From contig CAVPLM010000001.1 of assembly GCA_963706025.1 (NCBI GenBank), forward strand, positions 1 to 37,602: a stretch of DNA of 37,602 bases. The letters are read 5' to 3'. The position numbers and the translations under genes were made by a program. This document shows positions 20,652 through 29,060 of this stretch, piece after piece (the stretch's first letter is position 1; every line of letters begins with the position of its first letter). A model generated the notes under the pieces. The model searched no databases and was not told the DNA's origin. It worked only from the letters and a program-made list of their open reading frames with translations. The DNA comes from an uncultured Actinomycetes bacterium (GTDB lineage Bacteria; Actinomycetota; Thermoleophilia; RBG-16-64-13).

Positions 20652-21569
20652 ATGCGTCTTATGAATCTGCTAGAGGCGATCGGCAACACCCCCCTGGTGG
20701 AGCTCGTCAATCTCACTGCCAATCCCAAGACGAAGATACTCTGCAAGCTTGAGGGCTGTAATCCGGGAGGATCGGTTAAGGATCGCCCCGCCCTCTACAT
20801 GATCACGAGGGCAGAAGAACGCGGCGAGCTCACCAGGGAGAAGACTATTCTGGAGCCGACTTCCGGCAATACGGGTATTGCCCTGGCCATGATCGGCGCG
20901 GCCAAAGGGTATGAGGTACAACTCTGCATGCCTGAGTGCGTAAGCACCGAGCGCCGCCTCATTCTGGAGGGCCTCGGATCCCATGTGGTCCCTACACCGG
21001 CCAAGGAGAACATCGACGGCGCCATCCGCCAGGCCCATGCGCTCATGCAGGCTTCACCGGGCAAGTACTACATGCCCAATCAGTACGACAACGAGGCGAA
21101 CGTGCTTGCCCACTTCGAGACCACAGGCCCCGAGATCTATCGGCAGAGCAATGGGCAGGTCGACTACTTCGTTGCCGGTATGGGCACTACCGGGACCTTG
21201 ATGGGTGCCGGAAGGTATCTGAAGTCCGTGAAGCCCTCTGTGAGGATCGTCGGTGTTGAGCCCGTCATGAGCCACACTATCCAGGGGCTAAAGAACATGA
21301 CCGAATCCATGGTGCCCGGTATCTACCAGCCGGAAGAGCTAGACCTGAAGGAAATGGTCGAAGACGGCGAGGCCTTCGAGACAACGAAACTCCTTGCCAC
21401 CAAGGAAGGCCTCTTCGTCGGTACTTCGGCGGGCGCGGCCGTTGCCGTAGCCCTTCGCATAGCCAAGATGATCGACCACGGGACCATCGTGGTGGTGCTT
21501 CCCGACCGGGGCGACCGCTATCTAAGCACCATGCAGTTCAGATCCATCTGCGCAAAGTGCCCACCGTGA
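20652..21569 (+). CDS. cysM: PLP-dependent cysteine synthase, CysM-like (start may be 20661)
   Basis: IGNTPLV, NPGGSVKDR, EPTSGNTGIA, GMGTTGT, IQGLKNM, PDRGDRYLS. Confidence 0.88.
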   Translation: MRLMNLLEAIGNTPLVELVNLTANPKTKILCKLEGCNPGGSVKDRPALYMITRAEERGELTREKTILEPTSGNTGIALAMIGAAKGYEVQLCMPECVSTERRLILEGLGSHVVPTPAKENIDGAIRQAHALMQASPGKYYMPNQYDNEANVLAHFETTGPEIYRQSNGQVDYFVAGMGTTGTLMGAGRYLKSVKPSVRIVGVEPVMSHTIQGLKNMTESMVPGIYQPEELDLKEMVEDGEAFETTKLLATKEGLFVGTSAGAAVAVALRIAKMIDHGTIVVVLPDRGDRYLSTMQFRSICAKCPP

Positions 21570-21600
21570 TCGCGGCGAGCGAAGACCTGATGCCGGCGCC

Positions 21601-21981
21601 CTACTTGTCGACCGGTTCCAGGTAGAAGTGCGTCCAGGCGATCTCGTCGCCGGCCAAGCCGTGGATGATCACCCCGGCCATATCGCCCGCAGAGCCGTCA
21701 GCCTGAGTGCCCTGCCAATACCACTCCGCCCACACGATGTCCTTGTCGGCGGCAAAGCGCACGAGCGTGGCCTTGAAATCGGCCATCCCAGCCATGACCG
21801 GCGCCCAGTTGCGCCAGACCTGATCCCTGCCCCGGGTGCTTCGTGCCGGATGGGCGGGGTGCTCAATGACGACATCCTCCCGAAAGCAGCCGACCAAGGC
21901 TTCGAGATCACGATCGTTGATCGCCTGTTCAAGCCGTCTGAGGATACTCTCTGCAGCGGGCTCCGCTTGCTCTTGAACCAC
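21601..21981 (-). CDS. SnoaL-like / NTF2-fold protein
   Basis: AINDRDLEAL...HPARSTRGRDQVWRNW...VWAEW...GVII...FYLEPV; AGGAG RBS. Confidence 0.85.
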   Translation of the reverse strand: MVQEQAEPAAESILRRLEQAINDRDLEALVGCFREDVVIEHPAHPARSTRGRDQVWRNWAPVMAGMADFKATLVRFAADKDIVWAEWYWQGTQADGSAGDMAGVIIHGLAGDEIAWTHFYLEPVDK

Positions 21982-22169
21982 AGCACCACTCCTTTCTCGC
22001 CCCGCACCCTGGGCAGCGCAAAGGCATACTCGCTATCCCCAAGCGTCCCCTATTCTACCGGGCCTCGAAACATCCGGTGGGGGCTGGTCGGCCGGTTCCG
22101 GGCGGACCGAAGAAGCGACGGCGACCGTCGTTGTCCGTCGGGCCTGGCGACCTGGTTCTTCCGTCAGTC

Positions 22170-22442
22170 CTAGACCTCAGGTGCTGGGCTTCTCGCCTTC
22201 CTACCCTGATAGAGGTTGCGGTTGGTCCACTCCACCTGCCATTGCTCGCGCCGCCTATAGGGGCCATCGAAGTAGTAGGTGCCCCCTTCGGCATCGACAC
22301 AGGTGCCGGGACCCAGGCGGTCGGCGTGTTTCTTGGCAAGATCTAAGTAGGGGTGGCAGCCGATCGCCTCGCGCTCGCCTTCCAGATCTTCGGGGTCCTT
22401 GAGACGGGAGACGACATAGCGCACCTCCTTCTTGCTCCTCAC
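22170..22442 (-). CDS. Hypothetical protein, about 90 aa
   Basis: GTG start after GAGGGAG; RSKKEVRYVVSRLKDPEDL...LAKKHADRLGPGTCVDAEGG. Protein-like but unrecognised. Confidence 0.55.
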   Translation of the reverse strand: MRSKKEVRYVVSRLKDPEDLEGEREAIGCHPYLDLAKKHADRLGPGTCVDAEGGTYYFDGPYRRREQWQVEWTNRNLYQGRKARSPAPEV

Positions 22443-22688
22443 TGGCGGTCTCCCTCTTCTTTCGTTCGAGTAGGTGGGACATCCCACCCTAGGAGTGATG
22501 TGATTCTTCCGGGTTCGTATCGACCCGGGATGGAAAGTGGCAGAGGACGGCTGGCTCGGGGAGGCACGGATGACATGCCTTCTGAGCAGTCACTTTATCA
22601 CGCACGTGCTTCTGCAGTGAGACGCACGGGTAAGGGGATCGTCTCGGCCCGCCACCCTCGCTCGCCTCCGCAGCCGGGCGTTGGGCAT

Positions 22689-22699
22689 TGTGCTATGCT
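22689..22699 (+). promoter_or_regulatory. Putative extended -10 promoter for the RRM gene
   Basis: TGTGCTATGCT (TGn-TATGCT) about 120 nt upstream of the start. Confidence 0.4.
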
Positions 22700-22820
22700 G
22701 CCGTCAAGCATTCGACAGGAATCTTCTCCAGGCGCAGCGCCGAGCTTCAGAACCTCCTCGCCCAGTCTCCAGTCTTTCCCTCTCGTTTGTCGCAATGTAA
22801 CTCCGTTCATGGAGGCTGTA

Positions 22821-23147
22821 GTGGTAAATTCAGCAAAACTGTACGTGGGCAATCTCAGTTATGAGACCTCCGAAGCCAGCATCAGGACGGCTTTCGAAGC
22901 TCACGGCGAGGTGACCTCGGTCAATCTCATCACCGATCGCGATTCCGGACGCCCCAAGGGCTTCGGTTTTGTGGAGATGGGCTCGGCCGATGAAGCCCAG
23001 AAGGCCAAGGGCGCCCTGGACGGCACCCAGCTCGACGGTCGCGCCCTCAAGGTCGATGTGGCCAAAGAACAGGTGCCCCGTGCCCCTCGCTCCGGCGGTG
23101 GCTACGGCGGCGGCAGCAGCGGCTACAACAGCGGCAACCGCTGGTAA
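22821..23147 (+). CDS. RRM RNA-binding protein with glycine-rich tail
   Basis: RNP2 LYVGNL, RNP1 KGFGFVEM, GGGYGGG...GNRW tail; GTG after GGAGG. Confidence 0.95.
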   Translation: MVNSAKLYVGNLSYETSEASIRTAFEAHGEVTSVNLITDRDSGRPKGFGFVEMGSADEAQKAKGALDGTQLDGRALKVDVAKEQVPRAPRSGGGYGGGSSGYNSGNRW

Positions 23148-23416
23148 GAGTCGCCTCACACGTGCACTGAGGACGGGATCGATGCCCCGGGTCGCGGGGC
23201 CTGCGGCTGACGGTCGACACAGAGGCTCTGTAGTACAATCCTGCGCGCGGTGACCCCGGGCTGCATTGCTGACCAGGGGAGACGGGCGAGTCTGTTATCC
23301 TGCCCCCAGAATGCAATCGAAGGGACAGGGATGGATAGAAGGATCGATCCGTACCGGGCCGGGATTCACGACAGCAGCCCCGAGATCTTGACGAGTTGCA
23401 CACCAAGAGCCGCGGT

Positions 23417-24550
23417 ATGATCGAGTTCCTTGAAGGCAACGACGCGGTGGTTCGGGCGGCGGTCGATGCGGGCTGCCGGTTCTTCGCCGGCTACCCGATC
23501 ACCCCGGCCACCTCTATCCTCACCGGCCTGGCCCGGGAGCTCCCCAGAGTGGGCGGCGTAGCCGTTCAAGCCGAAGACGAGCTTGCCTCCATCGGGATGT
23601 GCATCGGGGCGGCCATGGCCGGTCTCAAGGTCATGACCGCTACCTCGGGGCCCGGGATGAGCCTGTATTCCGAGAACATCGGGCTCGCCATCATGGGTGA
23701 GACCCCGATCGTGATCGTGGATGTACAGCGCCAGGGTCCTGCTACCGGGTCTGCCACCCAAGGGGCCGACGGGGACATCCAATTCCTCCGCTGGGGCACG
23801 TCCGGGGGGCTGCCACTGTTCGTGCTGTCGCCCGAGAACGTGAAGGAATGCTATGTCCTCACCATCGAAGCCTTCAACCTTGCGGAGCGGTTCAGGACTC
23901 CGGTCATACTGGCTTCCCAGAAGGAAATCGGCCTTCTCAGGGAGCGCATCGACCTGGAGGAAGTGCGGCGCGAGGCACCACCGCTGGTGTCGCGGACCCT
24001 CGCCCCAGACGACCAGAGCTTCGTTCCCCATGGGTTCCAGCGACCGGCCGATGTGCCTCTTTTCAGCCCGCTTGGGGGCCCGCACGTGGTGCGCTACACC
24101 ACGAGCATGCACGACCAGGCCGGGTTCCTGACCAAGGACCCGCACATCATCGCCGAGATGATGGAGCACCTCCAACGGAAGATCATCGACTATGCACCCC
24201 CCCTCGCCCGCTACGAGTTCGATCTCCAGGAAGGCGCCGATACCCTCATCGTGGCGTACGGCGTGACCGCTCGTTCCGCGCGGGAGGCGGCGGCCTTGGC
24301 CAGAAAGGCGGGGCGGCGGGTGAGCCTGCTGGTCCTCAAGACCCTCTACCCGGTCCCGGAGCACGCCATCGAGGAGGCCCTGGGGACGCTTTCCGCGGAT
24401 GGACGGGTGCTGGTCCCGGAAATGAACCTGGGCCAATATGTGGAAGAAGTGCGGAGGCTGGCAGCCCCGCTGTCGGTGGTCCCGGTGAGCAAGATGAACA
24501 CCGATCTTGTGACCCCGGCAGAGATACTCGAAGGAGGGGGGCTGCTATGA
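23417..24550 (+). CDS. 2-oxoacid:ferredoxin oxidoreductase alpha subunit (KorA-like)
   Basis: FLEGNDA, FFAGYPITPAT, QAEDELAS, TATSGPGMSL, QRQGPATG, EMNLGQY. Confidence 0.93.
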   Translation: MIEFLEGNDAVVRAAVDAGCRFFAGYPITPATSILTGLARELPRVGGVAVQAEDELASIGMCIGAAMAGLKVMTATSGPGMSLYSENIGLAIMGETPIVIVDVQRQGPATGSATQGADGDIQFLRWGTSGGLPLFVLSPENVKECYVLTIEAFNLAERFRTPVILASQKEIGLLRERIDLEEVRREAPPLVSRTLAPDDQSFVPHGFQRPADVPLFSPLGGPHVVRYTTSMHDQAGFLTKDPHIIAEMMEHLQRKIIDYAPPLARYEFDLQEGADTLIVAYGVTARSAREAAALARKAGRRVSLLVLKTLYPVPEHAIEEALGTLSADGRVLVPEMNLGQYVEEVRRLAAPLSVVPVSKMNTDLVTPAEILEGGGLL

Positions 24551-25872
24551 CGGAAAGCGGGTATTTCCGCCCCGACACCCTGCCGACCACCTTCTGTCCC
24601 GGTTGCGGCCACGGCAAGATCGCCGGCTACCTGGACCGAGCCTTGCAGGCCCTGGGCTACGCCCCCGAGCAGGTGGTGCTGGTCACCGACATCGGCTGCA
24701 TCGGCATGGTGGACAAGAGCTTCAGGACGAACGCCTTTCACGGGCTGCACGGGCGGTCCATCACCTACGCCTCGGGCATCAAACTGGCCAATCCCGCCCT
24801 GAAGGTCATCGTGCTGATGGGTGACGGGGGCATGGGGATCGGCGGCGGGCACCTGCTGGCGGCCGCCCGCCGCAATATCGGCATCACCGTCATCGTCGCG
24901 AACAACTTCAACTACGGCATGACCGGGGGGCAGCAGTCGGTGACCACGCCCGTGGGCATGGTCACCTCCTCCACACCATGGGGGAACGTCGAGATACCTC
25001 TGGACATCGTCGAGACTCTTCGCCCGGCCCGCCCCTCGTTCCTGGCCCGCACCAGCGTGGTGTCCGACGACGCGGCTGAGGTCGTGGCCGAAGCCGTGGC
25101 GACCGAGGGCTTCGCCCTGGTCGATATCTGGGATGTGTGTGTCGCCTACTTCGCCCGTCGCCATCCCCTGAACCGGGAGACCATGGCTCGGATGATGGAG
25201 GAGCTGGAGATGCCGCCCGGGGTCGTGCGCCGGGACGGCCGGCCCGAGTTCAGCTGGGCCTACCGGGAGCAGAGCCGCGGCGCCCAGATCGCGAAGCCTG
25301 CCCCCGGGGTGGGATTGGACCCGGTAGTCCGGAGCTCCCTCAAGGAGCGGCGCGGGATCCTCATCTGCGGATCAGCCGGCCTCAAGATTCGCTCGGCTGC
25401 GACCGTGCTCGGCGCCGGCGCCATACTGAGCGGGCTGCAGGCCACCCAGAAGGACGACTACCCGGTGACGGTGAGAACGGGCTACTCGGTGGCGGAGGTC
25501 ATAGTGTCCCCCGATCCCATCCTCTACACGGGGGTCGACATCCCGGACATAGGCCTCATCCTCTCCCGGGACGGCCTCAGCTACCTGGAGAGGAAGCTGG
25601 CCGGTTTCCCGCCGACCACCCGGTTGTTCGTCGAAGAGAAGCTGGGCACGGTGAGCACCCGCGCTCAGGTCACGTACCTGCCCTTCCAAGAGACGGCCAA
25701 GAGCGTCCATCACCTGGCCTTGGCCGCCGTGGGTGTGGGCGCGGTCCTCGGTGCGGAGGATCTCTATCCGCCCGAAGCCTTCGTCGAGGCCTCACGGCGT
25801 CTTCAGGACGAGAAAGCCGCCGCCACCAACGTGGAGGGACTGAGGCTGGGGCTGAAGCTGGTGGAGCCTTAA
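24547..25872 (+). CDS. 2-oxoacid:ferredoxin oxidoreductase, fused beta (TPP-binding) and gamma domains
   Basis: FCPGCG, DIGC, HGLHGR, GDG...NNFNYGMTGGQ, then gamma-like ICGSAG...DDYPVTVRTGYSVAEVIVS. ATGA overlap with alpha. Confidence 0.9.
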   Translation: MTESGYFRPDTLPTTFCPGCGHGKIAGYLDRALQALGYAPEQVVLVTDIGCIGMVDKSFRTNAFHGLHGRSITYASGIKLANPALKVIVLMGDGGMGIGGGHLLAAARRNIGITVIVANNFNYGMTGGQQSVTTPVGMVTSSTPWGNVEIPLDIVETLRPARPSFLARTSVVSDDAAEVVAEAVATEGFALVDIWDVCVAYFARRHPLNRETMARMMEELEMPPGVVRRDGRPEFSWAYREQSRGAQIAKPAPGVGLDPVVRSSLKERRGILICGSAGLKIRSAATVLGAGAILSGLQATQKDDYPVTVRTGYSVAEVIVSPDPILYTGVDIPDIGLILSRDGLSYLERKLAGFPPTTRLFVEEKLGTVSTRAQVTYLPFQETAKSVHHLALAAVGVGAVLGAEDLYPPEAFVEASRRLQDEKAAATNVEGLRLGLKLVEP

Positions 25873-25890
25873 GAACGAGCTCCAAGGGCG

Positions 25891-26799
25891 CTACCGGAGA
25901 TCTCGCGGGCTTCCGCGCGTGGACCCAATCGCCCCCAAGGCGTGGATCGCGTCGGGGAGTTCCCAGAGATAGTCGACCAGGTGGACCCCCGCTGCGGAAA
26001 GAGCCGCCTCTTTGCTCGCGATGGTGCCCTTGCCCCCGGAGATCATGGCGCCGGCATGTCCCATGCGCTTGCCAACGGGGGCATGTCTACCCACGAGTAG
26101 GCCCACGATCGGTTTCCGGATCTCGCCGGCGATGACCTCGGCAGCTTTCTCCTCGGCGTCGCCCCCTATCTCACCCACGAGGACGATCACCCGAGTGGCC
26201 TCGTCTCGCTCCGCCAGGCGCAGGTAGTCGGCGAAATCACGGCCGATGACCCGGTCGCCACCGATGCCGACGCACACCGACTGGCCGAGTCCGGCATCGG
26301 ACAAGACTTTGGTGATCTCAAAGGTGAGGGTCCCACTCCGGCTGATCACCGCGATGTTGCCAACCGAGGTCGAGCTGGGAGGGATCATGCCCAGGCTGGT
26401 CTCGCCCGGGACCAAGATGCCGGGACAGTTGGGACCGATGAGCCACACGTCTCGCTTCCGGGCAAGATCACACGCGTACATCTCGTCGTAGAGCGGCACG
26501 CCTTCTGTGATCACCGCGACCAGCGGAATGCCCGCTTCCACCGCCTCCTCTATCGCCGACCTAGCAAAGCGGGCCGGAACGTAGACGACGCCGGCATCGA
26601 TGGGACCGGCTCCGGCTATCGCATCGGCCACAGTGTCGAAGACGGGCACGCCCTCGGCCGTCTCGCCGGCTTTGCCGGGGGTCACACCTGCAACGATCTG
26701 CGTGCCGTAATCCAGCATGAGGCGTGTCTGCGTCCTCCCGAAGTTGCCGGTGATCCCTTGGACGAGCACGCGGGTGGTGTGGTCACACAAGAAACCCAT
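25891..26799 (-). CDS. sucD: Succinate-CoA ligase-like alpha subunit
   Basis: VQGITG, VAGVTPGK, IGPNCPG, SRSGTLT, GEIGG, RMGHAGA (phospho-His). Confidence 0.93.
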   Translation of the reverse strand: MGFLCDHTTRVLVQGITGNFGRTQTRLMLDYGTQIVAGVTPGKAGETAEGVPVFDTVADAIAGAGPIDAGVVYVPARFARSAIEEAVEAGIPLVAVITEGVPLYDEMYACDLARKRDVWLIGPNCPGILVPGETSLGMIPPSSTSVGNIAVISRSGTLTFEITKVLSDAGLGQSVCVGIGGDRVIGRDFADYLRLAERDEATRVIVLVGEIGGDAEEKAAEVIAGEIRKPIVGLLVGRHAPVGKRMGHAGAMISGGKGTIASKEAALSAAGVHLVDYLWELPDAIHALGAIGSTRGSPRDLR

Positions 26800-26802
26800 G
26801 GC

Positions 26803-27963
26803 TCACCGCCTCCTCTGCGAAGCTACGGCCAACTCGACCGCGGTCTTGATGTCGGGAGCCACCCGTATGCCCGCTTCTTCCAGCAGGCGGGCGCCCTCTT
26901 CGGCCCCGGTGCCGTGGACCACTGCGATCGTGCCTACCGGATCGTCAGGGATCTCCTGCACGGCTCGTATGATGCCACGAGCCGCCTCCCGGGCCCGGGT
27001 GATCGCGAGACTCAGCATCAGCAGATGGGCGCGGACCTTGGGATCACGCAGGCCTCGGTCCTGGAGGATGCGCATCCCTTGGTATGCCTTCTCCGTGCTG
27101 GCTCCGCCCCCCGTATCGAGGAAGTTGGCAGGACTGGACCCGAGTCGACCGACCGCATCGAGCAGAGACATGTTCAGGCCTGCTCCATTGGCCATCAGGC
27201 ATATCTCCCCGTCCAAGTCCACGAAGTTCAGTGAGGCCGCCTTGGCTCGGGCTTCCAATTCACCCAGAGGGGGACGTTCGACCAAGACCAGATCCTGCTG
27301 CCGGAACAGGGCATCGTCGTCGATGGTCACCTTGGCGTCGGCTGCAACGAGCCCCCCGGCGGTGGCTATCAACGGGTTGATCTCGATAAGCTCCAGGTCG
27401 TTCTCAAGGGCGGTCTTGAGCAGGTTCGCGAGAAGTGCGCCGATCTCGGCCAGCAGGGGTTTGCCCAGCCGGCCGGCGTATTCAACCGCGAGTCGAGCCT
27501 CCAGACGGGCTGTGACCCACTCGGGCGTCACCTTTGCGAGTTGGTCGACTGCCACCGGCATGCGTAGGAGCTGCTCACTGTTGGCCTCCACGTCCATCCC
27601 TCCAAACGGGGAGAAGAGGAGCACGGGCGAGCCGGCCGACATATCGAAAACCACCGAGACGTACATCTCCCGACCCGGCGGTACCCGCTCCTCCACCAGA
27701 AGACCGACCGGGGACTCGCCCCGGATGGCGAGTGCTCGGATGCGGGCGGCCTCCGTCTCGAGCTGCCCGGCGGTCTCCACCACCGCGATCCCGCCGGCCT
27801 TTCCCCGTCCCCCGATCAGGACCTGACTCTTCACCACGCAGGGATACCCGATGGTGTGCCCAGCGGCCCGCGCTTCGTCAGGATCGCCGGCGAAGATTCC
27901 TCGTGGGGTGGCCACGCCTGCCCGCCTCAGAAGAGCTTTTCCCTCGAACTCGTAGAGATTCAT
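26803..27963 (-). CDS. sucC: Succinate-CoA ligase-like beta subunit, divergent C-terminal domain
   Basis: MNLYEFEGK, KSQVLIGGRGKAGG, EINPL, DAKVTIDDDALFRQ, NGAGL, PANFLDTGGGA. Confidence 0.88.
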   Translation of the reverse strand: MNLYEFEGKALLRRAGVATPRGIFAGDPDEARAAGHTIGYPCVVKSQVLIGGRGKAGGIAVVETAGQLETEAARIRALAIRGESPVGLLVEERVPPGREMYVSVVFDMSAGSPVLLFSPFGGMDVEANSEQLLRMPVAVDQLAKVTPEWVTARLEARLAVEYAGRLGKPLLAEIGALLANLLKTALENDLELIEINPLIATAGGLVAADAKVTIDDDALFRQQDLVLVERPPLGELEARAKAASLNFVDLDGEICLMANGAGLNMSLLDAVGRLGSSPANFLDTGGGASTEKAYQGMRILQDRGLRDPKVRAHLLMLSLAITRAREAARGIIRAVQEIPDDPVGTIAVVHGTGAEEGARLLEEAGIRVAPDIKTAVELAVASQRRR

Positions 27964-28157
27964 GCAATCTTCTCCGCTTTGACACGTTGGCTTGCCGCCG
28001 CACTGCCACGCTCACGGGGCGTCGATGAGGCCTGGGATGGCATCCCGGACGATATCACAGCGGGAATGGCGAAACCGGGTATGCGCTAGAGTGGAAAGGG
28101 AAGGCACGGCTTCCCGCAAACGCAAGGTCCTGCCAACGAGCTCGAAGGGAGAGGTGG

Positions 28158-28541
28158 GTGCGCGAGTTGATTCAGCCGGAGGGGCTCTGGGACCCCCGGC
28201 CTCGGTATGCTCAGGTGCTGAAATCCGGCAAACAAGCATGGATCGCCGGTCAGGTCTCGGTGGATGAGAACGGGAACACTGTCGGAGAGGGAGATATCGA
28301 AGCCCAGACTCGCCAGGTCTTCGAAAACTTGAGGAGAGCTCTGGAATCGATCGGGGCCGGATTCGACGATATTGTGAAACTGCACGTCTACTCTACCGAC
28401 ATCGATGCCCACTACTCGACGATCGCCGCCTTTCGGAAGGCGCACTTCACCAGCCCTGTGCCCAGCACTACTCTCCAGATCTCGAGGCTCGTGCTGCCGG
28501 AGTGGCTTCTGGAGATCGAGGCGGAGGTGCTCCTGCCGTAG
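28158..28541 (+). CDS. RidA/YjgF family protein
   Basis: IAGQV, QTRQVFENL, DIVKL, FRKAHF...PSTT, LLEIEA. Confidence 0.9.
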   Translation: MRELIQPEGLWDPRPRYAQVLKSGKQAWIAGQVSVDENGNTVGEGDIEAQTRQVFENLRRALESIGAGFDDIVKLHVYSTDIDAHYSTIAAFRKAHFTSPVPSTTLQISRLVLPEWLLEIEAEVLLP

Positions 28542-28580
28542 CCGATCCGGCGGACGCGCCCAGGATGCCTGGCGCTGGCG

Positions 28581-28742
28581 TCAGCGGCCGTGAACGGGAT
28601 GCTGCGCGAGAGCCGCCTGGTGCTTTGCGTCCTTTTCGCTCGGGCTGAATCCCTGGCTTAGGCGGCCGTTGAGCCAGACGCGCCACACCCACAGCGGCCG
28701 CTCGGACGTCGATGTCTGCGCCTCTTGTACTTCGATCCTCAT
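28581..28742 (-). CDS. Putative 53-aa small protein (below ORF-track cutoff)
   Basis: Hand translation MRIEVQEAQTSTSERPLWVWRVWLNGRLSQGFSPSEKDAKHQAALAQHPVHGR*. Purine-rich GAGAGGA upstream; fills an otherwise empty gap. Confidence 0.55.
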   Translation of the reverse strand: MRIEVQEAQTSTSERPLWVWRVWLNGRLSQGFSPSEKDAKHQAALAQHPVHGR

Positions 28743-28936
28743 GGCCCCGTAGTGTCCTCTCGCTCGTCAACTGTCGTAGATTCGGGTTGCGCGTGGGTCC
28801 CTGAGCGACGGAGAGCCCGGTCAGCGACGACGCGCCCGTTGAGATTGGCGGAGGAGGAAAAGACGGGAAGGCAACAGTGGGTTTGCGCTTGCTGCGCACA
28901 ATTCACGGGTGCGGTGCCCATTCTGGCCCTTCTGAG

Positions 28937-29018
28937 AGCAGAGAACGTCTCTGCTGCGCTTCAGTATACACCTCGAGTCGCTATCGGAGGCCCTCAGAGC
29001 AGACGTCACGCTGCTCTG
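28937..29018. promoter_or_regulatory. Two related palindromes flanking a minus-strand TATACT -10-like box
   Basis: AGCAGAGA-acg-TCTCTGCT (28937-28955), AGTATA (28963-28968), CAGAGCAG-acgtcacg-CTGCTCTG (28995-29018). Confidence 0.45.
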
Positions 29019-29060
29019 CTGAAGCGAGGTCTGAGCGAGAGTCCTCCCCGCCGGCTTCGT

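Noticed and set aside
22570-22620. 16-codon ORF MTCLLSSHFITHVLLQ after GGAGG
   Set aside because: Too short to support without conservation data.
22353-22820. Long N-terminal extension of the RRM ORF, and similar extensions of ORFs 11124, 23848, 13924..14892 and 35129..35839
   Set aside because: Low-complexity open frames typical of GC-rich DNA; better starts lie downstream at the domain boundaries.
23184-23200. Hairpin GCCCCG-ggtcg-CGGGGC after the RRM gene as a terminator
   Set aside because: Plausible, but with no U-tract and high background GC it cannot be supported.
28615-28660. Minus-strand GAAA...GGACGCAAAGCACCAGG resembling a c-di-GMP-I riboswitch
   Set aside because: Lacks the upstream GGCAAAC and P2 stem, and lies inside the probable 53-aa ORF.
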